DNA of 64,000 nt from Gemmatimonadales bacterium (GCA_044229245.1 JBGATI010000013.1:16809-80808); one strand, 5' to 3'. Positions 11,708 to 20,995 are shown, numbered from the stretch's first letter. Notes: generated from the sequence alone by a model not told the origin. Program-made: numbers and translations.

Positions 11708-13243
11708 TTAACCGGGGGCCGGATCAAGCTCCCCGCGCGCCACCAGGACAGCCAGCCGGGCAAGATCAGGAGCGGGTGGCCGATCCGCACTCAGCTTCGC
11801 CACGCCGTCCCTGGGGGCGCGGACCCGCTCGTACAGCGCCTCCACCCCCTTCCCTGCCTTCAGCGGGCGCAGAAAATCCAGCCCCTGGGCGCCGCAGAGG
11901 AATTCGGCGGCGATGACCTTCTGCGCATTGGCCAGAATCCGGCGCGCCTTGTAGGCCGCCGCCATCCCCATGGGGACGAAGTCCTCCTGGTTCGCATCGG
12001 TCGGAATCGATCCGATGCTGGCGGGCATCGCGATCGAGCGGGATTCCGCGACGAGCGACGCCGCGGTGATCTGCACCATCATGAACCCCGAGGAGAGCCC
12101 TGGGTCCGGCGTCAGGAACGCGGGGAGCCCCTGCGACAGATCCGGATTCACGAGGCGCTCCACCCGTCGCTCGGCGATGGCCTGCAGCGTCGTGAGGGCG
12201 ACACTCAGGAAGTCGAGCGCCTGGGCAACCGGCTGGCCATGGAAGTTCCCCCCGGACAGCACATCGCCGTTGGGAAAGACCAGCGGATTGTCGGTGGAGG
12301 CGTTGAGCTCGACGGCCGCAACCTCGCGCGCGAAACGAATGGCGTCGGCCACCGCCCCGAGCACCTGCGGGGTGCAACGCAGACTGTAGGCGTCCTGCAC
12401 CCGGGGATCATTATCCCGGTGGGACTCCCGAATCTGGCTGTCGGCCAGGAGCGACCGCATCAGCGACGCGGCCCGGAGCTGCCCGGGGTGCGGCCGAGCC
12501 TCGTGAATTCGCGGGTCGAGCGGCGTCGGCGTTCCCTGAAGGGCCTCCAGACTCATTGCCGCGGCCCCCACCGCCGATCGCCAGAGGGACTCGGCGTCGT
12601 GCACCGTGAGGGAGAGCAGCGCGGTCTGCGCCTGGGTGCCGTTGATGAAGCTGATGCCTTCCTTGGGCGCGAAGCGGAACGGGACAAGCCCTGCCTGTCG
12701 GAGGGCACCCGCGGCCTCCTGGGACGACCCTGCGATCTCGCCGAGCACCTCGCCTTCACCGATGAGGGCCATCGCGATGTGGCTGAGAGGCGCCAGATCT
12801 CCGCTCGCCCCCACGCTGCCCTGCTCCGGCACCAGCGGGACGATCCCCGCGTTGAACAGCGCCACCAGTGCCTCAACCAGCGCAGGACGCACCCCACTGG
12901 TGGGCCTGAGGAGCACGTTCGCCCGCAGCAGCATCGCGGCCCGCACCACGTCGGCGGGCATCGGGTCGCCGACCCCCGCGGCGTGACTGCGGATCAGGTT
13001 GATCTGCAGCTGATCGAGCTGATCCGGCGCGATCCGCACGTTCGCCAGCTTGCCGAACCCGGTGTTGATGCCGTAGATCGTCTCGCCCCGCGCGATCGCC
13101 AGGTCAACCAGGCCACGACTCCGGGCGAGCGCGTCCAGGGCGGCGGAATCCAGCTGAATCCTGGTCGCCGGGGATCGCGCAGCCCGGACGACGTCGGTGA
13201 TCGACAGCGAATTCCCGGTGAGGAGCAGCGTGGAGTCGGTCAT
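11708..13243 (-). CDS. hutH: Histidine ammonia-lyase
   Basis: MIO-forming GSVGASGDLAPLSH motif. NTGFG...LIRSHAAGVG carries the Ser-His pair typical of HAL rather than PAL/TAL. I prefer the ATG at 13243 (MTDSTLLLTG) to the track start at 13312. Confidence 0.85.
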   Translation of the reverse strand: MTDSTLLLTGNSLSITDVVRAARSPATRIQLDSAALDALARSRGLVDLAIARGETIYGINTGFGKLANVRIAPDQLDQLQINLIRSHAAGVGDPMPADVVRAAMLLRANVLLRPTSGVRPALVEALVALFNAGIVPLVPEQGSVGASGDLAPLSHIAMALIGEGEVLGEIAGSSQEAAGALRQAGLVPFRFAPKEGISFINGTQAQTALLSLTVHDAESLWRSAVGAAAMSLEALQGTPTPLDPRIHEARPHPGQLRAASLMRSLLADSQIRESHRDNDPRVQDAYSLRCTPQVLGAVADAIRFAREVAAVELNASTDNPLVFPNGDVLSGGNFHGQPVAQALDFLSVALTTLQAIAERRVERLVNPDLSQGLPAFLTPDPGLSSGFMMVQITAASLVAESRSIAMPASIGSIPTDANQEDFVPMGMAAAYKARRILANAQKVIAAEFLCGAQGLDFLRPLKAGKGVEALYERVRAPRDGVAKLSADRPPAPDLARLAVLVARGELDPAPG

Positions 13244-13365
13244 GCCGAAACGTACACAGGCGGGCGGGACACTGTCATCCCGAGGTCCGAATGCAAATCG
13301 GGGGAGCCACACCGCTGTCTGGCGGCGCGACTCCCTCGATGGCCTGCCCTGGTGCCGCCTTTCAC

Positions 13366-14493
13366 TCAGGGCGCGCGCAGCAGCTCGGGATTGCCGTGAT
13401 CGGTCTGGAACGCCCAGTCGAGGATGAGGAAGTTCTGGCCGACGTGGCTGACCCGCACCGCGCCATACCGCGCGAACCCGTCGCCTCCGTCGGACTCGAA
13501 GACGTAACCCCAGCCGGGCAGGGCCTGAATTCCACCGGTCCCGTAGGTGATGTTCGGCGCGTAGTCGATGTTCGTGAGATCCGCGACCGGCGCGGACCCA
13601 TAGACCGCCACGCCGGTCCCGGCCCGCACCGGCGTCAGATACAGGTCGCCGGCGACATCCCGCTCGACCGAGAAGTCGTTGAGCGGCGAGGATCCGCTCT
13701 GCACCAGCCCAAGCTCGCCGCTGTCCGCCTGGACATTTCCGTTGAAATCGCGCCAGAAGCGGAAGCCACTCCCCGCGTCCTGGCTCTGCCGGGCGTAGAC
13801 GACCACGTTCCGTGCATCGGGACGCGGCGTGTCACTGCGCAGGGGCGACCAGAGGCTCTCGAACCCCTCGAGACTCACCGCGGAGACCGCGAAGCACCGG
13901 GGCACGCCGTTGGTGAGCGCGCCTGACACGAACTCGGGCGCGACGGTGGTGCCTTCGAGCGACCAGCCGGTGCCGCAGAGATTGAGGTCCAGGTCATACG
14001 AGGTGCTGTAGACGCGGTAGATCCGGAAGTGCGTGGGGTCGGAGAGATAGGCGTTGTCCGACCAGGTCAGCGCGATCGCACCGCTGAGCGTCGTGCTCGT
14101 CAGCGTCGTCGGCTTGTCCAGCGCGAGGCGCTCGTCGACCGTCACGACATTGCTGCTCGCGCTCTCATCGCCGTCCAGATCCTCCGCGGTCACGAAGTAC
14201 TGCAGGTGGGGGACCCCGGCGTCGTGGAACGAATTCGACGTGGTGGTCCCGCGGAGCCGATAGGACTCCGAGGTGCTTCCCCGGGAATAGACGTTCCAGG
14301 AGGCGAGGTTGGGATCGTTGTCGAAGTCCCAGGTCAGGAGGACGCCGTCGGGGGCGCCAGGGGTCCCGCTGGGTTCAACCGTGTATGCGAGGTTGGTCGG
14401 CGGGGCGATTTGGGAACCACCCCCGCCAACGAACTGGGTTTCGCTGCAGGCGGCCAGCAGCAGCAGGGGCATGGCCCACAAGGACGTACGCAT
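13366..14493 (-). CDS. Lipoprotein with FN3-like repeats, function unknown
   Basis: The real start is inferred at the ATG at 14493 (MRTSLWAMPLLLLAAC, which holds a lipobox). The upstream part of the 655-aa track ORF overlaps the LptD-like gene in another frame and is Arg/Pro-rich junk. The body has two FN3-like segments (PPTNLAYTVEP...LLTWDF...; PTTLTSTTLSGAIALTWS...). Confidence 0.7.
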   Translation of the reverse strand: MRTSLWAMPLLLLAACSETQFVGGGGSQIAPPTNLAYTVEPSGTPGAPDGVLLTWDFDNDPNLASWNVYSRGSTSESYRLRGTTTSNSFHDAGVPHLQYFVTAEDLDGDESASSNVVTVDERLALDKPTTLTSTTLSGAIALTWSDNAYLSDPTHFRIYRVYSTSYDLDLNLCGTGWSLEGTTVAPEFVSGALTNGVPRCFAVSAVSLEGFESLWSPLRSDTPRPDARNVVVYARQSQDAGSGFRFWRDFNGNVQADSGELGLVQSGSSPLNDFSVERDVAGDLYLTPVRAGTGVAVYGSAPVADLTNIDYAPNITYGTGGIQALPGWGYVFESDGGDGFARYGAVRVSHVGQNFLILDWAFQTDHGNPELLRAP

Positions 14494-14601
14494 GGATCGG
14501 CTCCGGAGAGTGAACGCGGCACCCCAATGCATGGTCGGTGCCATCACGTCAGCCGAACAGAAATGCTTGCACGGCAACAGCTTGGAGTTTCGCCGGGAGC
14601 C

Positions 14602-14643
14602 GAGTGTCCTCGGTGGAGACACTCCGGGACAGGACACTGTCCT
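14602..14643 (-). terminator. Cluster of stem-loops downstream of the TatC/LptD-like ORF
   Basis: GAGTGTC (14602-14608) pairs with GACACTC (14618-14624). AGGAC (14631-14635) pairs with GTCCT (14639-14643). There is no clear U-tract. Confidence 0.3.
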
Positions 14644-14663
14644 CCTCCGTGGACAGGGAGGGC

Positions 14664-17486
14664 TCAGCGTTCGATCGACGTCTGGTTGTAATCGAACTTG
14701 ATGTCGGGAAGGTCCGACAGGTAGACCGAGAAGAAGAAGGCGAAGTTCCCGTTCGGATTGCGGACGAAGTTGAAGCCGGCCCGCCACTCGTGCAGCACTC
14801 GCTCGAGGCGCACGACCTGGGATTCGAACTTGTTGTCCGTGATGTTGTACTGCGTGGACCACGACACGCTCCAGAAGGGCGTCGGCGCGAAGGCGGTGCT
14901 GAAGCCGAGGCTCTGCTGGGGCTTCTGCTCGACAGCATTGGCCGACGGATTCCGGAACGGCCGCTGCCGGGAGAGGCTGTAGTTGAAGTTCGCGGTGAAT
15001 CGGCGGTTGGTGCCGGCCCCAATGGTCTGGTCGGCCCCGCCGCCGTAGAAGGACGGTGCCCGCCCGAACCGGCTCTGACTGGCCACGTAGGAGGGTGGTG
15101 GCGCCTCTTTGCTCGAGGTCGAGTCCCGTTTGCCACCAAGCCCGAAGAGGCCCAGCACGGACTTCACCGTCCCGCCGGAGATGGCGAAGCTCGCGGTCAC
15201 GGACTGCAGGAACGGCGAGAAGTGCGAGGTGTCGGAACCGACGTCTCCATTCCAGAGGTCGTGCGTCAGGCTCAGGTTGAAGCCGGGCAGGAGATCGCTC
15301 TGGAACTGATTGGTCATCGTCTTGGTGCGCCACCCGGTCCGCCCAGGCAGCTTGGCCTGTTCGAAATCGTACTGCATCGGCGACGTCTGGATGCCCAGGA
15401 TCCTGAAACGCCTCGCGTTGTCGGCGCCGGTCGGATCCTCGGCGGTCGAGTCCGCGCTCGAGCGCTTGACCGATTTGCCCTCGATGTTCTGCGAAAGCCC
15501 GATGCTGAGCAGCTGGGTGGGGTCGGTACGCAGCCTGACCGTTTCTCCGGGGCGCGCGAGCGCCCGGGCAAAGGCCTGGTCGATCGAGGCGGCGGGGCTG
15601 TAGCTCCAGCTGATTGTCGGTGAGATGCTGTGCCGGATCCGCTGGATCGGGCCGAATCCGGGGAAGAAGCCGAAAAAGGTCGGCGATGCGGCCAGCGCGA
15701 AGTTGAACCGCTTACCCTGACGCACCCATTGGCCTCCGGTGTTCGCGTTCCGGATCATGAAGGCGCCCTGGGTCGTGGCGTTCACGATGCCCACGGTGGG
15801 CTGGAGCTTCCAGGTGCCGCGGAGCACCGTCGGGAGATTGATGCCTGTCTGCCAGTCCACGGCGCTCTCGAACGACCCGTTGGTGAACTGACTGACGGTG
15901 ATGGAGTCGGTCGGGTCCGCCGTGGTAGGATCGGGGACGCGGATTCCGCCGATGACTTTGGGGCCGGTATCCTTCCGGTCGTTGTAGTTGAACGAGTTCT
16001 GCCAGTTGAAGCCACCGAACCGGATGGGCGTCTGGAATCCGACGGTGGTCGTGCGGCTGCTCCGCGTGAGTCCGAGCGTATCGATCAGCCCCGAGGGGAG
16101 CACCACCGCCTGGGAGACCGGAAAGTTGTTCTCGAGGTTGTTGGTGACGGACAGGCCGGGGGACCAGGTGATGTCCCTCGCGATGTCGATCGGCTTGGGC
16201 GACAGAGAGAGGGACGGGAGCTGCATCGTGACGCTCCCGTCCGACAGGTTCTGACGCCGGTTGCCGCCGAGGGCGAGAGTGCCCCAGGCGAAGCGCTTGG
16301 AGAAGTTCGCCGCGCTGAGGATCTGCTGGGTTGACTGCAGCGGATCGATCGCGTTGCGCCGCTGCACGAAACCGCTGCTGGTGTAGTTGAAGCTGACGTT
16401 GAGCGACGTGGAGAGATTGAAGTTCTGGCGATGGTCCCAGCGGATGTTGGTCGAGCGGCGACCGCCACTCTCCACGGTCTGCCGATATCCGATCGCCCCG
16501 CTGAGGAAGCGGTTGATCCAGCGATACTCCGCGGCGCCCCCGTATTCCACGTACCGGTTGGCATACCAGTCGAGTTTGGCCGTGATGTCCAGGTAGTCCG
16601 ACGGCGCCCAGTAGTACCCGATGTTGGTGATCTGCCGGTTGTACCCCGGGTTCTGCCTGACAATGTCATTCAGCCCGAATCGTGGCACCAGGATGCCCGA
16701 GCGCCGCCCCGTCCGCGCATCCTGGAACACGAAGGGGAGCCACAGCACCGGCACATCGCGCACGTAGAGGACCGCCGGCCTCGCGACCATCACCGTCTTC
16801 GAGATCCACTTCACTTCCCTGGCGGAGAAGTGATAGTGCGGTTCCGGCAGGTCACAGCTCGTGATCTCGCCCTCGGAGGCGTAGAGCCGGGCAGCGCTCG
16901 AGTCCTGCGCCAGGTTGCCGCGCAGGAACCAGTCGGTGGAGCCCTGCTTGAAGCTGGTGAGGGCGTCCGACACGACGCCCCGGCGGATGCAGGTGTTGTA
17001 GCGGATTCCGCCGAAGCCCGTGAGCACGGTCTCCTTGTCGAAAAGCGCGGGATCCCCCGTGGCGCGGATGAGGCAGTCCGCCTCCTGATAGGCGATCGAA
17101 TCCGCCTCCAGCGTCGTCTCCCCCCGCCTGGTGCTCGCCGCCCCCCGCAGGTGCAGGCGCCGCTCGTCCGCGAAGACTGTCGCGGAGTCGGAGCGGAACC
17201 GGGTCGACTGGTAGCCCTTCCGCCCCAGCAGGTCGGTCACGACCGAATCGTCAGGCGCGAAGTTTCGTCGGGGCGCCGTCGGCAGGCCGAGCCGCCGGGC
17301 CGTGGCGGTATCGACGGCCTGCCCCGGCCGGGGAAGGGTGGGGTCGGCCCGGGTCGTATCGGTGACGGTGATGACCGGCTTCTTCCGTCGCACGGTCGGC
17401 ACCGGCTCCTGGGCACCCAGCGCTCCGGAGCCAAGCAGGCAGAACAGCAGCACGGCGACTGCAGCAGCCGCCGCCTCGCGAGCCAC
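14664..17486 (-). other. lptD: LptD-like portion (signal-peptide-like segment, OstA-like domain and barrel), possibly a separately initiated CDS
   Basis: The in-frame GTG at 17486 would give VAREAAAAAVAVLLFCLLGSGALGAQEP..., a plausible Sec signal peptide. No obvious Shine-Dalgarno sequence lies upstream. Confidence 0.55.
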
Positions 17487-18221
17487 CTTGCGCCGGTGAA
17501 TGACCCACGATCCCACGAAGCCGAGCTCGTAGAGCAGCAGGATCGGCACCGTCATCAGGACCATGGAGAGGATGTCGGTCCCCGGGCTGAGGACCGCGCC
17601 GGCGGTGGCCGACAGCACGATCGCGAAGCGGCGGAATCGATTGAGACCTCCCGGCGTCACGAGCCCGAGAGCTGCAAGCAGCATGATGACCAGCGGAATC
17701 TCGAAGGAGAGGCCCATCGCCAGCACGAGCTGGATGACAAAGCTGAAGTACTCCCCGAACGTGATCAGGTTGACCAGTCCCTCGGACTGGAAGCTGAAGA
17801 GGATCGGGAGGGATTGCGGGAGCAGCACGAAGAACCCGAAGGCCGCGCCGCCGAGGAACATCAGTGTTCCGGCGAGGAGCGCCGGGACGACCAGGCGCTT
17901 CTCCTTCTCGTAGAGTGCCGGGGAGAGAAAGCCCCAGATCTGGAAGATGATGTAGGGGGAGACCAGCACCAGCCCGACGATCAGCGCGAGTTTCAGCGTG
18001 ATCATGACGGCTTCCGTCGGGCTGGTCACGACCAGTTTGCCGCCCGTCGCGGTGAGATACTGGGCAATCGGCGCCTTCAGGAGATTGACCACCTGAAAGC
18101 GCTGGACCATCCAGTAGCCGACGAGAAAGCCCACTACCAGCGCGAGAAGCGTCCGCACCAGCCGCTGGCGCAACTCCTCGAGGTGCTCGAGGAAGGGCAT
18201 CTCCGCGCTGGGGCCTGTCAT
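14664..18221 (-). CDS. tatC: Single ORF encoding TatC fused in frame to an LptD-like outer-membrane protein
   Basis: 1185 codons without a stop. The N-terminal ~245 aa are TatC (MPFLEHLEELRQRLV..., multiple TM segments). Next comes RRKVAREAAAAAVAVLLFCLLGSGALGA/QEP, which looks like a signal peptide. Then comes an OstA/LptD-like region (SCDLPEPHYHFSAREVKW, RRSGILVPRFG, IGYYWAPSDYLD), followed by a long beta-rich C-terminus. Confidence 0.8.
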   Translation of the reverse strand: MTGPSAEMPFLEHLEELRQRLVRTLLALVVGFLVGYWMVQRFQVVNLLKAPIAQYLTATGGKLVVTSPTEAVMITLKLALIVGLVLVSPYIIFQIWGFLSPALYEKEKRLVVPALLAGTLMFLGGAAFGFFVLLPQSLPILFSFQSEGLVNLITFGEYFSFVIQLVLAMGLSFEIPLVIMLLAALGLVTPGGLNRFRRFAIVLSATAGAVLSPGTDILSMVLMTVPILLLYELGFVGSWVIHRRKVAREAAAAAVAVLLFCLLGSGALGAQEPVPTVRRKKPVITVTDTTRADPTLPRPGQAVDTATARRLGLPTAPRRNFAPDDSVVTDLLGRKGYQSTRFRSDSATVFADERRLHLRGAASTRRGETTLEADSIAYQEADCLIRATGDPALFDKETVLTGFGGIRYNTCIRRGVVSDALTSFKQGSTDWFLRGNLAQDSSAARLYASEGEITSCDLPEPHYHFSAREVKWISKTVMVARPAVLYVRDVPVLWLPFVFQDARTGRRSGILVPRFGLNDIVRQNPGYNRQITNIGYYWAPSDYLDITAKLDWYANRYVEYGGAAEYRWINRFLSGAIGYRQTVESGGRRSTNIRWDHRQNFNLSTSLNVSFNYTSSGFVQRRNAIDPLQSTQQILSAANFSKRFAWGTLALGGNRRQNLSDGSVTMQLPSLSLSPKPIDIARDITWSPGLSVTNNLENNFPVSQAVVLPSGLIDTLGLTRSSRTTTVGFQTPIRFGGFNWQNSFNYNDRKDTGPKVIGGIRVPDPTTADPTDSITVSQFTNGSFESAVDWQTGINLPTVLRGTWKLQPTVGIVNATTQGAFMIRNANTGGQWVRQGKRFNFALAASPTFFGFFPGFGPIQRIRHSISPTISWSYSPAASIDQAFARALARPGETVRLRTDPTQLLSIGLSQNIEGKSVKRSSADSTAEDPTGADNARRFRILGIQTSPMQYDFEQAKLPGRTGWRTKTMTNQFQSDLLPGFNLSLTHDLWNGDVGSDTSHFSPFLQSVTASFAISGGTVKSVLGLFGLGGKRDSTSSKEAPPPSYVASQSRFGRAPSFYGGGADQTIGAGTNRRFTANFNYSLSRQRPFRNPSANAVEQKPQQSLGFSTAFAPTPFWSVSWSTQYNITDNKFESQVVRLERVLHEWRAGFNFVRNPNGNFAFFFSVYLSDLPDIKFDYNQTSIER
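17487..18221 (-). other. tatC: TatC-homologous portion of the fused ORF
   Basis: aa 1-245 of the ORF. The boundary is placed just before the in-frame GTG at 17486. Confidence 0.75.
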
Positions 18222-18238
18222 CGGACTCCCTCGCCGCG

Positions 18239-19072
18239 TTAGCGGCCGAGCGTCTTCAGGCGGTCGCGGGCCAGAGCCGCTTCGTCCGAGCGGGGATAGT
18301 CGCGCACGACTCGCTGATACGAGGCGCGGGCCGCTTCGAGATCCTTCCGTCGTTCAGCCAGCAGTCCGAGCTTGTAAAGCGCGCTCGCGGCGCGCGGCGA
18401 CTGCGGGAAGCTCTCGACCACCTTGCCATAGTACTGGGCCGCGGAATCGGGAGACTCGGCCGCGTAGGTCTCCCCGATGAAGTACGTCGCGTCCGCCGCG
18501 CGCGCGTGGGTCGGATACTGGCGCAGCAGCTCCCGGAACCCCATGCGGGCCGTGCCCGGGCTGCCCCGCCGCAGCTGCTGCAGCGACGCCGCGTAGATCT
18601 GCTCCGCCGAGGGTGCGCCGGATGGCGGGGGCGCTGCACCCTGGGCCCCCGAGGCTGCCGCCGGTGCGCCGGAATCCGGTGGGGAGGCCACAGGGGTATT
18701 CAACTGTTCACTGCGGGCTTCGAGCTGCGTCTGCAATTCGGTGAGCCGTTGCTGACTCTGCCCCGTCAGGGCCTGCACCTGCACCAGCTGCTGCTGGATG
18801 CTGATGAGATCGTTGGCGACATCACCCTTGAAGGTCGCTACCTGACGACTGACCTGACCAAGGTTGCGTCCGACCGCATCAAGCGAATCCATGATCCGGC
18901 GCTGAGTGGCGAGCAGCTCGCCAAGCTGGCTGGCCCTCGCGGAGTCCGCGCGCTGATTGTCCGCCCGGCTGAGGAGCAGCTGGTCCTCCACCCGGCGCAA
19001 GTCGCCCTTGGAGGCACAGCCCCCAAGGGCGACCAGGACGAACAGTGGCGCGAGTGCGTGGATTCCGCGCAT
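18239..19072 (-). CDS. ybgF: Tol-Pal system protein YbgF/CpoB (coiled coil plus TPR)
   Basis: The preferred ATG at 19072 gives MRGIHALAPLFVLVALGGCAS. A Q-rich coiled coil is followed by C-terminal TPRs (YAASLQQLRRGSPGTARMGFRELLRQYPTH...YKLGLLAERRKDLEAARASYQRVVRDYP). It follows pal with a 1 nt overlap. Confidence 0.8.
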   Translation of the reverse strand: MRGIHALAPLFVLVALGGCASKGDLRRVEDQLLLSRADNQRADSARASQLGELLATQRRIMDSLDAVGRNLGQVSRQVATFKGDVANDLISIQQQLVQVQALTGQSQQRLTELQTQLEARSEQLNTPVASPPDSGAPAAASGAQGAAPPPSGAPSAEQIYAASLQQLRRGSPGTARMGFRELLRQYPTHARAADATYFIGETYAAESPDSAAQYYGKVVESFPQSPRAASALYKLGLLAERRKDLEAARASYQRVVRDYPRSDEAALARDRLKTLGR

Positions 19073-19656
19073 CAGGGCATGCGGAGGTTGGTGGCGCCCG
19101 CGGGCGGCTCGAACTCGGCGCGGCGATTCTGGGCCCATGAGTCCTCGTCGTGCCCGCTCGCCAGCGGCTTCTCTTCACCGTAGGAGGTGACGGTCAGCCG
19201 GGATGCGTCGATGCCCTTGTTGGCCAGGTAGATCTTGACCGCCGCGGCGCGGCGGTTGCCGAGGGCCAGGTTGTACTCGTCCGAGCCGCGCTCGTCCGCG
19301 TGCCCGCTGATGGTCACCCGAAGGCTCTGATTCGCGGCGAGGATCGAGGCCTTGCGATCGAGCGTGGCCCTGTCCTCATCCCGGATGTCGGCCTTGTCGA
19401 AATCGAAGTGCACCATCGACCCGAGTTCGGTCAGCACCGCGGCCGTGACACGGGCCGCAGCCGCTGCAGCGTCCTCGGGCGTCGGGCCGGAAGGTGTTAC
19501 GGGCGCAGGCGCCGGGGCGGGCGTCGGGGCCGGCGTGGCGGGTGCGGGCGCCGGCGCAGGCTGCGGAGCGGGCTGCTCGGGCGGCTTCTTGCTGCCGCAG
19601 GCCGCGACGACGACAAGGGCAGCAGTCGCGAGAAAGGAACGGAACGGAGAACGCAT
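19072..19656 (-). CDS. pal: Peptidoglycan-associated lipoprotein Pal (OmpA family)
   Basis: Lipobox VVAAC, a Pro/Ala linker and an OmpA_C motif (SGHADERGSDEYNLALGNRRAAAV). A GGAGG Shine-Dalgarno sequence precedes the ATG. Confidence 0.9.
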   Translation of the reverse strand: MRSPFRSFLATAALVVVAACGSKKPPEQPAPQPAPAPAPATPAPTPAPAPAPVTPSGPTPEDAAAAAARVTAAVLTELGSMVHFDFDKADIRDEDRATLDRKASILAANQSLRVTISGHADERGSDEYNLALGNRRAAAVKIYLANKGIDASRLTVTSYGEEKPLASGHDEDSWAQNRRAEFEPPAGATNLRMP

Positions 19657-19672
19657 GCAACCTCCGGGGAAA

Positions 19673-20995
19673 TCAGTTGGTGGCTGGAGCGGGACCCGCG
19701 AAGCGCCGGGACCACGCCGGGAGACGGACCTGACCGGTGAACGTGAGCTGACGGATCCGTCCGGTGACGGTATCGATCACCCAAAGCTGACGACGACCGC
19801 TGCGGTCCGAAACGAACGCCAGGTGCCGGCCATCCGGCGCCCATGTGGGATCTTCGTTGCGTCCCGAGGATGTCAGCTGACGGACCTTCCGGCTGGCGAC
19901 ATCGACAATGAAGACCTGCGGCGAACGACTGACTTCGCGGTGAAAGACCACGCTGCTGCCGTCGGGGGACCACTCCGGCGCATTGGAGCTTCCGGTCGCA
20001 CCGAAATCGAACGGGGCCAGCAACTCCTGATCGGTCCCATCGGCGGCCATCACATAGATCTGGGGCTGGCCAGCCCGCGTGGAAACGAATGCCAGCCTGC
20101 GCCCGTCGGGGGCGAAGGTGGGGGAAAGATTATCGGCATACCGTCCCACGGTCAACCGCTGAACGCAGCAATTCTGCGCCAAATCCGCAGTGAAAATGTC
20201 GGTCCCCGATTCATCGGAGCGGGCGTAGGCGATCAGGCGCCCATCGGGAGAGAACGCGGGCGTGATGTTGAGGCCCGTGCCGGTACCGGTCACCATGATC
20301 TTGAGCCCCGTCGCCACGTTGTGCACCACGAGACTCCCGACACCGGCCCCGAAGCGGGTGTAGGCGATGCGGCTGCCGTCGGGGCTCCAGACGGGCGACA
20401 GCACATCCTCGCCGGGGGGCGAAAGCTGCGTCGCACCGCCGCCATCGCTGTCGATCCGGTAGAGTCGGCGATCCACCAGGAAGAGCAGCTGGGAGGCCGC
20501 ATAGCCCGGCGTTCCACTGATCCAGCGTACCACTTCGTCCGATGCCTGGTGGACCGCCATCCGGAATGCGACGTCGAAGCCGGCCGGAAAGACGAACCGC
20601 TGTTCCCGCCGCACCGTGCCCTGAACGATGTCGTGGAGACGCACCATCGCTCCCGGACCGTCCGGCACCACTTCCACCGCGTACTCGGCACCCAGGGTCC
20701 GGAACAGCGCGTAATTCACCGTGCGTCCGCCGGCGCCCCCGGCGAATCCTCCGCTGTCCTGGGGGCTCAGCGAGATGACATCAAATCGGTCGCTGTAGTC
20801 AAGGTCCCGCGCGATGACCGCGCGGGCAGAATCGAGCCCGCGCCCGGGCAACACCACGAGCGCGGGACGCACGCCGGGACGGTACTCGATCCCCACCCGG
20901 ACGCCGTCCGGCGGCCGCAGCGTGTCCTGGGCACTGAGCAGCGCGGGCAACAGCGTGATCGAACCAATCAGAAACCAGCAACGGCCTGCAGCCAT
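19673..20995 (-). CDS. tolB: Tol-Pal system beta-propeller protein TolB
   Basis: The preferred ATG at 20995 gives the signal peptide MAAGRCWFLIGSITLLPALLSAQD. Repeated WD-like/PD40 motifs are present (SPVWSPDGSRIAY, PAFSPDGRLIAY, PTFAPDGRRLAF, PEWSPDGSSVVF, PTWAPDGRHLAF). Confidence 0.9.
   Translation of the reverse strand: MAAGRCWFLIGSITLLPALLSAQDTLRPPDGVRVGIEYRPGVRPALVVLPGRGLDSARAVIARDLDYSDRFDVISLSPQDSGGFAGGAGGRTVNYALFRTLGAEYAVEVVPDGPGAMVRLHDIVQGTVRREQRFVFPAGFDVAFRMAVHQASDEVVRWISGTPGYAASQLLFLVDRRLYRIDSDGGGATQLSPPGEDVLSPVWSPDGSRIAYTRFGAGVGSLVVHNVATGLKIMVTGTGTGLNITPAFSPDGRLIAYARSDESGTDIFTADLAQNCCVQRLTVGRYADNLSPTFAPDGRRLAFVSTRAGQPQIYVMAADGTDQELLAPFDFGATGSSNAPEWSPDGSSVVFHREVSRSPQVFIVDVASRKVRQLTSSGRNEDPTWAPDGRHLAFVSDRSGRRQLWVIDTVTGRIRQLTFTGQVRLPAWSRRFAGPAPATN

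Noticed and set aside
11708-13243. hutH as a phenylalanine or tyrosine ammonia-lyase or aminomutase (secondary-metabolite enzyme)
   Set aside because: The selectivity position reads Ser-His (LIRSHAAG), as in histidine ammonia-lyases. No biosynthetic-cluster neighbours are present.
13366-15333. The 655-aa ORF as a single protein. The same applies to the long composite ORFs 26286-27443, 29457-30284, 39081-41057, 48288-49868, 54363-56765, 57870-58643, 60437-62257 and 62271-63512
   Set aside because: Their N-terminal parts overlap the upstream neighbour in another frame and translate to Arg/Pro-rich junk. In each case an internal ATG or GTG sits at, or a few nt from, the upstream gene's stop and yields a canonical N-terminus (signal peptide, Rossmann GxGxxG and so on). 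I used the internal starts.
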